DNA of 64,000 nucleotides from contig OZ243956.1 of the NCBI GenBank assembly GCA_965214405.1, positions 2,592,001-2,656,000 on the forward strand. Reading direction: 5' to 3'. The notes below the pieces were generated by a model. It was not told the DNA's origin. It worked only from the letters and a program-made list of their open reading frames with translations, and did no database searches. The position numbers and the translations under genes are program-made. Within the stretch, counting starts at the first letter, position 1; every line of letters starts with the position of its first letter. Positions 20,237 through 30,175 of this stretch are shown piece after piece. This DNA comes from Trueperaceae bacterium (GTDB lineage: Bacteria > Deinococcota > Deinococci > Deinococcales > Trueperaceae).

Positions 20237-21145
20237 GTGAGCCAGATGACGTCACAACGTGCGAGACGGGACGCGGAAAAAGCGCGCGGACGGGCGTTCT
20301 GGCGCAACGTGCTCTCTAACCTCAGGGGCATCCCCAACGAACTTCTGCCCTTTAGCGCGGTGCGAGAGTTGTACCCGAACTCCGAGAGTTACGGCGGGGT
20401 CCGGCCCATTCTCATCCAACAGATCGTCGGCTCGGTGGACCGCTACCGCGACTTCGACCATTACTTTCTGCCGCGCGTCGATCACACCCTGGAGCGCTGG
20501 ATAGGGATCCGGCAGGCGGGGCTCGAGGGCGTCGAACTGCCCGCCATCCAGGTGTACAAAGTCGGCGACATCTACTTCGTCAAAGACGGCCACCACCGCG
20601 TCTCGGTCGCGCGCAACGCGGGGCAAAAATATATCGACGCCGAAATCATCGAACTCAACGTGACGGTGCCGCCGGGCGGGGCGGACTCCCTCAAAGACAT
20701 CATCATCAAAGGTGAATACTCGCGCTTTTTGGAGCAGACCGGGTTGGACAGGGTGCGCCCCGGCCACTACCCGATTCTTTTTACCGTCACGGGCCGCTAC
20801 GACACGCTGATTGACCACATCCGCACCCGCCAATACTACTTGGGCCTCAAGTATCAGCGCGACGTCTCCTGGGAAGAGGCGGTCGGCTCCTGGTATGACC
20901 GGCTATACAAGCGCGTGGTGGACGAGGCGAGAGAGCACGGGGTGCTGCGGCGCTTTCCGGGCCGCAACGAGGCCGACCTCTACTTGTGGATTATGGACCA
21001 CCGCTACTACCTGACCCAGCGTTACGGCGAGGACGTGGGCTCGGAATGGGCCGCGACCGATTACGCCGCGCACTACGCGCCAGCCGCGACGAAGCGCCTT
21101 TGGCAGCGGGTGGTTAAGCGCTGGCGGGGCGAGGTGCCGGAATAA
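20237..21145 (+). CDS. ParB/Srx-like domain protein (DUF4032-like)
   Basis: GGAGG RBS before GTG; IVGSVDR, YFVKDGHHRVSVA ParB-type motif, EADLYLWI. Confidence 0.8.
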   Translation: MSQMTSQRARRDAEKARGRAFWRNVLSNLRGIPNELLPFSAVRELYPNSESYGGVRPILIQQIVGSVDRYRDFDHYFLPRVDHTLERWIGIRQAGLEGVELPAIQVYKVGDIYFVKDGHHRVSVARNAGQKYIDAEIIELNVTVPPGGADSLKDIIIKGEYSRFLEQTGLDRVRPGHYPILFTVTGRYDTLIDHIRTRQYYLGLKYQRDVSWEEAVGSWYDRLYKRVVDEAREHGVLRRFPGRNEADLYLWIMDHRYYLTQRYGEDVGSEWAATDYAAHYAPAATKRLWQRVVKRWRGEVPE

Positions 21146-21298
21146 CTCAGTGAGTAGTGAAAAGTGGAGTCAAAAGCGTGTTCTCTTACCTTCCGTTTCT
21201 CCCCGACCGAAAGTAGTACATGAGTTGAACGGTGTAGCAGGCAAGCGCATGTTCTTCAGGGCGGCGTTCAGGGTAGATGGGCGTGTTAAGACTAAGCT

Positions 21299-22342
21299 AT
21301 GACACAAGACGCATTTTTAGAGGAGCAGGGATTTACGCTGAGGGAGGGACGCGCCGCCGCTTTTGGTGACGTTACGTCTGATTTTGAGGCGTTCGGACGC
21401 GCCGCGCTGGTGCCGCTCCTCGGGGTGACGCCGCTGCGGCTCACGGGGGCGGACCGCGCAGAGTTCCTCCACGGCCAGGTTTCAAACGAGGTCAAGAGGC
21501 TTTCCGTCGGGGGGGTCTCGAGGGCGCTCATGCTCAACGTCAAGGGTCACGCGCTGGCCGGAATGCACATTTATAAACGCGAGGACGACCTCTTTGTCGC
21601 CATCGAGGGCGGCGCGGGGGCGCGGGTCATCCAGGGGCTCAGGGCACACATCATTTTTGACCAGGTGGAGCTTGAAGACTTGAGCGGCGTTATAGCGAGC
21701 CTGACCCTTCAGGGCGAAAACGCGGCGGGCGTGCTTACGGAAGTTTTGGGTGAGGTGCCGGAGCCGGGGCGGTTCGTACAACCTCCTTTCGAAGGCGCGA
21801 AAGTGCTCGTCAGCGAGGCGGTGCGGGGCGCTCACGGTGGCTACGACCTGCACGTGCTCACCAAAGACGCGCCCGCGCTTTTCGAGGCGCTTCTTAACGG
21901 GGGAGCCGCGCCCGCGGGTGAGGACGCGCTCACGCTCGCCCGCGTGGTGGCGGGCCTGCCCGCCGCCGAAACGGAGGGCGGCGAGGGCGTGTTGCCGCAG
22001 GAGGCGGGGCTCGAGCCCCTGCTCTCCTACCGCAAGGGCTGCTATCTGGGTCAAGAAATCATGGCCCGCATCGAGGCGCGCGGCACCGTGCGCCGCGAAC
22101 TGCGCCGCCTAGCTTTAAGCGCCCTCCCCGCCACGGGCGCGCGCGACATCCTCAAAGGCGGCAAGGTTGTAGGCCGCTTAGGAGCGGTTGCAATCCATCC
22201 CGAAGAGGGCGTGATGGGTTTGGGCGTGGTGCGCAAAGATGCCGCCGCGTCGGGGTCAGACGCGGGCGGTTCGGACGAAAACGGTTTAGAAGTGGGCGGG
22301 GTGACGGTAACGCTGACGGCGTCTCCTTCCGTTGGGGTTTAA
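21299..22342 (+). CDS. ygfZ: YgfZ/GcvT folate-binding protein
   Basis: KGCYLGQE signature; FLHGQVSN. Confidence 0.9.
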   Translation: MTQDAFLEEQGFTLREGRAAAFGDVTSDFEAFGRAALVPLLGVTPLRLTGADRAEFLHGQVSNEVKRLSVGGVSRALMLNVKGHALAGMHIYKREDDLFVAIEGGAGARVIQGLRAHIIFDQVELEDLSGVIASLTLQGENAAGVLTEVLGEVPEPGRFVQPPFEGAKVLVSEAVRGAHGGYDLHVLTKDAPALFEALLNGGAAPAGEDALTLARVVAGLPAAETEGGEGVLPQEAGLEPLLSYRKGCYLGQEIMARIEARGTVRRELRRLALSALPATGARDILKGGKVVGRLGAVAIHPEEGVMGLGVVRKDAAASGSDAGGSDENGLEVGGVTVTLTASPSVGV

Positions 22343-22406
22343 CCTCTCTGTCTTCTTAAGTGGCGTGTAAGAATATTGTAAGGGGTCTACCCCGCATACT
22401 AAGGGG

Positions 22407-22646
22407 GTGATGTCGCCTTCCTCTTACCAACCTTCGTTTCACAGACCGCTCTGCCCGAGCTGCGGCGGCGAGGGCGTCCGCATCGCCAGCACCGCCGCCG
22501 TCTACTTCGACGTTGTTTACGACGCCGCGCTTCAGGATTTGGTGGTCACGGCGGAAACGTTTGATGACGCCGACTGGGACGAACAAAGCGGGGTCACCTG
22601 CGGCGCTTGCGGCTGGCGGGGCGAGGTGGGCGGGTTGGGGCTCTAG
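22407..22646 (+). CDS. Small zinc-ribbon protein
   Basis: CPSC ... CGACGW Cys pairs; CATACT -10-like box before start. Confidence 0.6.
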   Translation: MMSPSSYQPSFHRPLCPSCGGEGVRIASTAAVYFDVVYDAALQDLVVTAETFDDADWDEQSGVTCGACGWRGEVGGLGL

Positions 22647-23170
22647 CGCTGTCCCTCGATAGCCCCCTCGAGCGCCCCACTACGGAGCGCCCCCGTATAA
22701 CGAACATTATTAATAAAAAGCGTCGGCGTCGCGTCCACCCCAAGATGATGACCGCTCACCCTCTGCTCGCGGACGCGGCGCAGCACCGCGCCCCCTGCTA
22801 AGTCGCGTTCGAAGCGGTCAAGCTCGAGCCCCAAGTTTGCAGCGTACCCTCTGATCGCCTCCGGCTCCAAGGCCCACGCATGAGCGTAGAGCGCGTCGTG
22901 CATCCCCCAAAACGCCCCCTGCAACCCCGCCGCCTCAGCCGCTCTGGCGGCGACCAGGGCGAACTCATGCGCGTCGGTCAGGGGGAAATGGCGGTAACGG
23001 AGGCGAAAGGCGCCTTCCAAAGCGCGGTGGGCACCTTCCAACAGCCTTACCGCTTGTAAGCTGTAAGGGCACTCGTAATCTCCGTAAAACAGCACGGTCA
23101 CGGGCGCGCCCTCGGGTCCGCGGACATGGTCATGAACGCTGTTGTCAACCGGGTGAGGGTCAGAGGTCAT
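22643..23170 (-). CDS. DsbA family thioredoxin-fold protein
   Basis: YGDYECPYS, RHFPL, TPTLFIN. Confidence 0.9.
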   Translation of the reverse strand: MTSDPHPVDNSVHDHVRGPEGAPVTVLFYGDYECPYSLQAVRLLEGAHRALEGAFRLRYRHFPLTDAHEFALVAARAAEAAGLQGAFWGMHDALYAHAWALEPEAIRGYAANLGLELDRFERDLAGGAVLRRVREQRVSGHHLGVDATPTLFINNVRYTGALRSGALEGAIEGQR

Positions 23171-23233
23171 GCGTTACCTTAGCATTGTCTCAAGGCGCTG
23201 CCACAACCTCTTTATCTCTTACCGCAAGATTAT

Positions 23234-23605
23234 TCAAGACAGCGGTAGTGAGCCCCTGCCACTCAGAAGCAGCCTAAAACGCCAGATAGCGTAGAATGAG
23301 CCATGACCCTTACCGCTTACAGACATATCGCCCTTAACGGCGACGGCGTTCCGGTGATTGAGGCGGCGGGTTTTAAGGTGGCGCGCGTGACGCTCTATTC
23401 TTAGAATTAGACGCCCCACTTCGTGAGGTTTAAGCGGAGGCTTCAGGCGTGTGTACCGGCTGACGCGGCGCAACTCAGTAAGCTGCCAGCGTGAGGTGAC
23501 GAGTGTAAAGCGCTTCGCCTTCCACGCACGGCGGATGAGGTCGGGCGGACTGTCCTTTTTGAGCAGGGCTGAAATGAAGAGGTTGGTATCGAGTAAGACG
23601 CGCAC
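23234..23605 (-). pseudogene. PIN-domain toxin, C-terminally truncated
   Basis: MRVLLDTNLFISALL...LVTS...ELRRV; similarity stops near 23380 and the D..D C-terminal motif is absent. Confidence 0.75.
23303..23404 (+). pseudogene. DUF433 antitoxin N-terminal fragment
   Basis: MTLTAYRHIALNGDGVPVIEAAGFKV; TAGAAT -10 box 5 nt upstream; runs into PIN gene antisense. Confidence 0.6.
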
Positions 23606-23627
23606 GGAACTTTATACGAACCCTAAT

Positions 23628-23846
23628 TCAAGCAGATTTCCGCGCCCAGCGCACCGCCTCGTCAATGAGCGCGTCTAGTTCACCCTCAGGCACATCTGCG
23701 CCGCGTGCTTGCGCCTCCTCGACCGCTAAGCGGTACAGTTGCTCCTGCACAGCCTCCTCGACAAACGTTGAGAGGTCATTCACACCTTTGTGGGCCAGAT
23801 AGGTGCGAAGTTGGCGCTCAGTCTCCTGCGAAATTTTGATGGTCAA
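23628..23846 (-). CDS. Ribbon-helix-helix antitoxin
   Basis: DLSTFVEEAV...LIDEAVRWAR; directly upstream of PIN gene. Confidence 0.75.
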   Translation of the reverse strand: MTIKISQETERQLRTYLAHKGVNDLSTFVEEAVQEQLYRLAVEEAQARGADVPEGELDALIDEAVRWARKSA

Positions 23847-24079
23847 GCGCGTGTCTATGTAGAAAGTATAAGCGCACAGGCGCAGGTGCGTTTGTATTGG
23901 CTAGCTTTGGGCAGATTAACGATTTAGAGCTACGAAGCGAGCGTGCCCTGCTGAAACCGTCCCGGCGTGGTGAAGGTGAACGTCTTACAAAAAAGTCAAC
24001 TTTATTCAAGACAGCCTGCCCAGCGTTCCGCTAGCGTGGACCTGATGCTTTCATTTGGCCTACGTGGGTTTTTGATAGG

Positions 24080-24635
24080 GTGCGCGGCGTGAGCGACCCC
24101 GGCCCCTTCGGGTTCTTTATCCGCACATCGCGGGCGTCTCGAGACGGCCCCGTGCGAGGGCGCACCGATCTCGTCCCCGGACGCTTACCTCTGGAGGCGG
24201 TCAAGGACCTCGCGCCCCTCTTTAACGAGCATCTGGCGGCGCACGTGATTTTGAGCTTGCAGTATCAGAAGCAGGCGTGGGTGGGGCCAGCGCGCCGCAC
24301 GGCTTCGGCGCGGCGGTGCGCGCGTGTCACGAAGCAGCGCGCTTACTGACCCCGTTGCCGAAAATATCGTCTCGCTGGGGGCGGTGCCGGTGAGCGGGCT
24401 CGAGCTGTTTAACTTCTCTCACCCGGCGTACGAAGGCGAGGGCGTTTACAGCTCACAAACGATGCTCACGCTCGCCTTAAACCACGAGCGGATGGTGGTG
24501 GACCGGGTGAACGTCACGCTCAAGGCCGCCCTAGACCGCCAGGACGAACCGGGTGAGGCGCTCCTCAACACCATGTTGGAGAGCTCGAACGGACGCGCGG
24601 AGCGGTTGCAAGCGTTGCTGGAACGGTTTAACTGA
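24080..24635 (+). pseudogene. Degenerate Dps/ferritin-like gene (split frames)
   Basis: LFNEHLAAHVILSLQYQKQAWV in one frame; VAENIVSLGAVP...MLTLALNHE in another; ferroxidase residues eroded. Confidence 0.6.
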
Positions 24636-24701
24636 GCGGCGGACACTGTTTTGTATGACCGATTGTTGTCAAATGCACAGTTATCGTTTTATGCTAACAA
24701 C

Positions 24702-25831
24702 CTCAGTACACGACAGATTTGAAATAAAGGGCTCTCCAGTGAAGAATGGATGTTGCGAGACACCACTTCAAGGGAGAGCATATGAAGCATACCGGGTTGC
24801 TGGCACAGTTGAAAGCGAGCGGCTTAAAGCTGCACCCGTCACGGCTTAAGTTCTTGAGCTTGTTGATGATCGCGATGGTGCAGGCAAAGACGGTGAACTT
24901 GGCGACGTTGGTAGGCATGATGGAGGGCAGAGCCCAGCCGGACTCGCTTTACAGACGGGCGCAACGGTTTTTCCAAGGCTTGCACTTGGCCGATGAGACA
25001 GTTTTCAGGTACGCGCTGAGTCTAGGTCCCAAGCGAAGCTACAGCCTGTGCCTAGACCGGACGAACTGGAAGTTTGGCAAACTCGACATCAACATCTTGA
25101 CCCTGGCTTATGCGCATGAGGGCGTAGCGGTTCCCTTACTGTGGTGTCTTTTGCCCAAGGCTGGCAACTCCGCCACGCAAGAACGCATTACGCTTTTGGA
25201 GCGTTTGCTAAAACTTTTGCCCGTAGACCAGCTAGAGGTGCTGCTAGCCGATAGGGAGTTCATCGGGGGCGACTGGTTCGCTTATCTTGAGCGTAAGCAC
25301 ATCCCTTTCGTTATCCGCGTGCGTAAAGACGCTCTCGGTGATGGCTGGTTTCATCTGTTCGGCTTTTTCCAGCATCTACCTGTGGGTGAGCACAAGGTAC
25401 TTAAACAGCGCTACACTGTCTTTGGTGTTGAGCTTGGGGTTGCAGGCGCGCGTTTAGAGGGTGGAGAATACATCATCGTCGTCACCAACCGCAATCCTAA
25501 GCAGGCCCTCGCAAGCTACGCGAAGCGCTGGCAGATAGAATGCTTGTTCAAAGCCTTGAAAAGCAGCGGCTTTGACTTTGAAGCTACGCATCTCAAGCAC
25601 CTAGAGCGCATTAACACCTTACTTGTCGTTGTGACCCTGGCTTTCTTATGGGCCTTGAAAGTCGGAGCATTTGTTCACCGTCAGCTCAAACCTGTTCGAA
25701 TGAAGTCGCACGGGCGCAAGCAGAAGTCTTTATTCCGGGCAGGCTTAGACCATCTCAGGCATCTGCTCACCAACTCGGCAACCAAAAAGCCTGACCTGGA
25801 CCGCTGTTTTCGGCTTTTGTCGTGTACTTAG
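24702..25831 (+). mobile_element. IS4-family insertion sequence, copy 1 (1130 bp, no target duplication)
   Basis: Terminal IRs CTCAGTACACGACA / TGTCGTGTACTTAG; same transposase as the copy at 50969. Confidence 0.92.
24782..25831 (+). CDS. IS4-family DDE transposase
   Basis: LDRTNWK, LLADREF, YAKRWQIECLFKALK (YREK-like). Confidence 0.93.
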   Translation: MKHTGLLAQLKASGLKLHPSRLKFLSLLMIAMVQAKTVNLATLVGMMEGRAQPDSLYRRAQRFFQGLHLADETVFRYALSLGPKRSYSLCLDRTNWKFGKLDINILTLAYAHEGVAVPLLWCLLPKAGNSATQERITLLERLLKLLPVDQLEVLLADREFIGGDWFAYLERKHIPFVIRVRKDALGDGWFHLFGFFQHLPVGEHKVLKQRYTVFGVELGVAGARLEGGEYIIVVTNRNPKQALASYAKRWQIECLFKALKSSGFDFEATHLKHLERINTLLVVVTLAFLWALKVGAFVHRQLKPVRMKSHGRKQKSLFRAGLDHLRHLLTNSATKKPDLDRCFRLLSCT

Positions 25832-26923
25832 GGGCACCAAGTAAAATTTTATGAGGATTCTTCAAGGTCTGCTTCAGTTTTTCCCTGGCCTCTGTGGTTA
25901 ACTCATGCCATCTGTACAGCTCTTCATATTTTGCATACTCTGAGTCATCCTCAAACGGGTCTGGCTCGTCAGCACGACGCTGTAAGGGCAAGTCGGGAAT
26001 TTCTGGGAGGTCTTCCAAGCCCTCTGGCCTTAGCTTTCTGTAAGATTGCTCGTTGGTATAGCGTGTAAACTCTTCTTCTGGATACTCGAGCTGTTCCCAC
26101 GTATCTCGCTCGCAAAACTCGCAGATAAATTTGGCAAACCTATCACCTTTTTGGCCTTTTATCTTTTTTGGTAACTTTTTGGCTGCTACTGAGCTAACTG
26201 CCTCTATGGCAGAAACGAGGAAGTAGTAGGCCAACCCAGTATCGTCCGCGCGGTTGAGGTGAGCGTGCTGAACAAGCCGCGCCGCCCTCATTACGACTAC
26301 ATAATCTTCATAAGGAATCTGGAACAAAAGGTTCGCCATCTCGAGAATTTCCGCAACCCATCTTTCGCGGGTGGCTCTCGAGACGCTGTAATAAGGGCTT
26401 TCGTTGACGATAACCGCATGTTGAACAGCGAGCCTTGTCAAATCAAAACCAGCGAGGCTTTCTAAAGTCATGGGTAAGAACGAACCTGATTTGGCAGCGT
26501 CTGCGGCTCTTATGCCTTCCCTGTCCACATTTTTGTTAGTTATCTTATCGGTGCTAGCCCTTACAGCCCTACTCGTTATGAGAGAAACGATGCTACTCAA
26601 ACCCATACTGAAGTGGGGCTCTCCCCAGTACAAATTCTCTTCCTCAGCTCTGGACCTTACAAGCTGCCGAACCGGGGCGATAAACGCACTCTTGATGTTA
26701 GTAACCCCCACATTGATGGACTTCTCTATTTCAAACAGGTCATGCGTTATGGGTTCCGGGAGGTCGAAGTCGAGAAGCAAAAAGCCCGACCCGGTACACT
26801 GGTTCTTCTCTAAATATTCAGATTCAACCCGCCACTCTCTGGGGCGGAAGTCTGAAAGCGAACCTTCAAAAAGCTCATCATGCTCCAAGCGGCGGATAGA
26901 AAAAATGTTGACCTCCTCAGCTA
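25832..26923 (-). pseudogene. AT-rich hypothetical gene (possible HEPN-like), cut by IS4 at 3' end and IS5 at 5' end
   Basis: ORF runs into IS4 without its own stop; frame continues across IS5 site (GTG CTA GCT GAG); AYYFLVSAIEAV motif. Confidence 0.6.
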
Positions 26924-27843
26924 GGGTCTGTCTGACTAATCAAAGCCAGAGGATGATGGAGGCGAGGAGCACACCAGCACGGTAGTTTCTGCCGCGTTTG
27001 TCGTAGCGGGTGGCAACGGCGCGAAAGTCTTTAAGTCGGTTGATGCAGCGTTCGACCACGTTACGTCCTTTGTAGGCTTGCTTATCGAAAGCAGGAGGTC
27101 GTCCACCTTTTGTGCCCTTAGACAAGCGAGACTTCTTGGCATCTTCGCGCTCGGGGCTGATACAGATGATGCCCCTGCGCCTTAGTATCTTCCGCTGCTT
27201 GTTGAAACCATAAGCGCGGTCGAGTCTAAGCTGAGGGGGGCGCTTACGCGGTCGCCCTCTGCCAAGGCGGGGCACATAAATCTCGTCCAAGACCGGCTCT
27301 AGCCAAGCGGCGTCGTTGCGCTGTCCCGCCGTGATGACCACGGACAGGGGTCGCACTTTGCCGTCCGCGCAGGTATGCACCTTGCTGGTGTGGCCTCCGC
27401 GTGAGTGTCCCAGCCACTCGTCTGCTAAGGTCCCCTTTTTTCACCCTCAGCAGGCCGCTTCCTCGCCCCGCTGGCGCTGCGGTGCGCTTTAATATGAGAG
27501 CTGTCTAACGCTGCGCCGTCCCAATCAATCTCACCCGCCGCATCGGCGTGAGCTTGAAGCCTGTGCAGGATGCGCTTCCAGACACCGTTGCGCTCCCACC
27601 TCGTGAAGCGGTCCCAGCAGGTCTGCCAAGGTCCGTAGCGTTCAGGAACGTCGCGCCAGGGAGCGCCTGTTTTCAAGCGCCACGAAATGCCGTTGATGAC
27701 CTGTCGGTGGTTGCGGTAGTTGTGACCCCGTTGGGGATTGGGGGGTAGATGCGGTTTTAGTGCTTGCCACTGCTGCTCTTTTAGGTCTGTTCGTGCCATA
27801 CGCCTACCCTAAACCATCTTCATCCCTTCTGTCAGACAGACCC
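26924..27843 (-). mobile_element. IS5-family (IS427-like) insertion sequence, 920 bp
   Basis: 13-bp perfect IRs GGGTCTGTCTGAC / GTCAGACAGACCC; TA duplication in CTAG target. Confidence 0.92.
26940..27799 (-). CDS. IS5-family transposase, orfA/orfB joined by probable -1 frameshift
   Basis: orf[25 protein letters not shown]; orf[20 protein letters not shown]6G slippery run near 27436-27442. Confidence 0.88.
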
Positions 27844-28162
27844 TAGCACACGTTGTATAACACACCCACTGAATGGTAGCCGAACTCTTAGGGTGTAACC
27901 CTAAATAGGCGGATAGTCCTGGCGGTTGGGACATGGTAAAATACCGAAAATGTTAAATAGGGGCTCCTACAGGACGTAAAAGCGTGGCTTGTACCCTCGC
28001 GCGAGGGGCCGATCCGCGGGTTTATCCGACAGCCAGATGAGGCTGAACCCTGTCGGATGACAGGCCGACTCGGGCCAAAATTGCGTCACAGACGCAGTGA
28101 CTGAAAGCTCCGCCAAACATCCCCCACCATTTATCCGACAATTCGGGGTTGCACCCGAACTC

Positions 28163-30007
28163 TTAAAGTGCCGCCTGCACTTCCCCTTCTCTAAACTGAC
28201 GCTCGTAAAGGCTGCGGTAGAGCCCACCCTGCGCCATCAAGGCTGCGTGAGCGCCTTGCTGCGTGATGCGGCCCCCGTCGAGGACGAGGATGCGGTCAGC
28301 GTTTCGCACTGTAGAGAGTCTATGCGCGATGACAAAGGTCGTGCGGCCCTGCATGAGCACGTCCAGCGCCTCCTGCACCAGCGCCTCAGATTCAGAGTCG
28401 AGCGAGGAGGTGGCTTCGTCAAGGATGAGGATGCGCGGGTCTTTGAGGAGTGCGCGCGCAATTGCCACGCGCTGCCGCTGTCCGCCCGAAAGCTTGACGC
28501 CGCGCTCGCCGACGACGGTCTCGTAACCTTCAGGGAAAGAGACAATAAACTCATGCGCGTTCGCGGCCTCCGCCGCCGCTTGTACCTCGTCGTCGGTGGC
28601 CTCGGGGCGACCGTAGCGAATGTTCTCACGCACCGTTCCCGAAAAAAGCTGCGTCTCCTGGGGCACGATGCCGATGTGGGCGCGCAGCTCGAGCAGTCCC
28701 AAATCGCGCAAATCTACCCCGTCCAACAAAATACGCCCTTCACTCGGGTCATAAAAACGCGGGATAAGACTAACCAACGTCGATTTGCCCGCGCCGCTCG
28801 GGCCGACGAGCGCGACCACCTCGCCGGGGCGCGCCTCGAGCCCCACGTCTTGCAGCACCCAGTCTTCGCCGCGGTCACCGTAGCGAAAGCTCACCCCCTC
28901 AAACTGCACCCGACCTCGGACGCTTTGGAGTTTGGCGGGCGCGTTCTTTTCTTCTAAATCGCTCCGCTCGTCCAGAAGCTCGAAGATGCGCCTCGAGGCC
29001 CCGAACGACTCCTGAAGCTGGCTGTAGAGCGAGGTAAAGTTGCCAATCGAGCCTGCGACGGTGACAGTCAGAAACAAAAACGCGAGCAGGTTGCCCGGCG
29101 GCAGCGTGCCCGACAAGACCAAACGCGAGCCGTACCACAGCACGATGCCGATGCCGATAAACATCGCCATGATGATCGACGGCACGAAAAGTGCCCGGAT
29201 GCGCGCGCGCCGGACCGCGGTGGTGTAGGAGCGGTCGATGCCGCGAGCGTAGCGGCGGGACTCGAGCCCCTCCGCCGTAAACGACTTCACCACCCGCACC
29301 CCCGTCAGCGCCTCCTCAGCCGAAGAGTTGGCGTCGGCGAGCGCGTCCTGAAAATCGCGCGAGATGCCGCGCAGCTTGCGCCCAAAATACGCCCCCGCGA
29401 GCACCACCGCCGGGATGATGGCGAGCATCACCAGCGACAAGCGCCAGTCGAGCACGAACAAGATGGCGATGCCGCCCACAAGCGTCACGCTCTGGTTGAT
29501 GAGCTGCGCCAGCGAGCCCGACACCACGCCCTGCAAGGTGGTCACGTCGGAGGTGAGGCGTGAGGTGATTTCGCCGACCTTGCGCGATTCGAAAAAGCGC
29601 ACCGAGAGCGTCATGAGGCGCTCAAAGACCGCCTTGCGCAGATCGGCCACCACGCCCTCGCCGACCAAGCCGAGGTTGTAAACGCGCAAAAAGTTGAAAA
29701 ACGCCTGCCCGACAAAGACCGCGATGAGGAGCCCGCCGACCAAGTTGAGTTCGCCCCGTGTCGCCGGACCGGCGCTTGGATTCCCAGCCCCGCGCAGCGC
29801 CCCCAGCCCGCCCCCAAAGGCGACGTTAAAAAGCCGCGCGACGAGGAGGGGGAAAAGCAAGAAAAAGCCGCCCGCGACAAAGGTGGCGATGATGCCGATG
29901 ATGAGGCTCGAGCGGTAGGGGCGGGTAAAGCCGTAGAGGCGGCGAAGCTGCTTCCAATCGAAAGTGGCGCGGTCTTCTCCGGCGGGGCGAGCGGCGCGGC
30001 GGAACAT
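28163..30007 (-). CDS. ABC exporter, fused permease/ATPase (MsbA-like)
   Basis: TM domain plus GPSGAGKS, LSGGQRQR, LILDEATSSLD. Confidence 0.93.
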   Translation of the reverse strand: MFRRAARPAGEDRATFDWKQLRRLYGFTRPYRSSLIIGIIATFVAGGFFLLFPLLVARLFNVAFGGGLGALRGAGNPSAGPATRGELNLVGGLLIAVFVGQAFFNFLRVYNLGLVGEGVVADLRKAVFERLMTLSVRFFESRKVGEITSRLTSDVTTLQGVVSGSLAQLINQSVTLVGGIAILFVLDWRLSLVMLAIIPAVVLAGAYFGRKLRGISRDFQDALADANSSAEEALTGVRVVKSFTAEGLESRRYARGIDRSYTTAVRRARIRALFVPSIIMAMFIGIGIVLWYGSRLVLSGTLPPGNLLAFLFLTVTVAGSIGNFTSLYSQLQESFGASRRIFELLDERSDLEEKNAPAKLQSVRGRVQFEGVSFRYGDRGEDWVLQDVGLEARPGEVVALVGPSGAGKSTLVSLIPRFYDPSEGRILLDGVDLRDLGLLELRAHIGIVPQETQLFSGTVRENIRYGRPEATDDEVQAAAEAANAHEFIVSFPEGYETVVGERGVKLSGGQRQRVAIARALLKDPRILILDEATSSLDSESEALVQEALDVLMQGRTTFVIAHRLSTVRNADRILVLDGGRITQQGAHAALMAQGGLYRSLYERQFREGEVQAAL

Positions 30008-30175
30008 GTTCCTAGTTTACTCTTTACTACGCGAAATCCTTGTCCTTTGTTGCGACAAAGTGTGGTGACGAAATGTGCTGTGACGGGACACTTGGCGGCA
30101 CGCTTCAACCTGCGGCCCGGACCGCGGTGAATTAGCGGTAGACTGGAGGTAAAGACCCTCTTGAGGAGGAGCACG

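Larger units (their letters stand above)
23230..24015. repeat. 14-bp direct repeat TTATTCAAGACAGC flanking a toxin-antitoxin segment
   Basis: Exact copies at 23230-23243 and 24002-24015. Confidence 0.7.

Noticed and set aside
27850..27935. Possible attC before the IS-damaged gene (minus strand GTCCCAAC...GTTATAC)
   Set aside because: The arms pair poorly, there are no clear L boxes, and no second site lies nearby.
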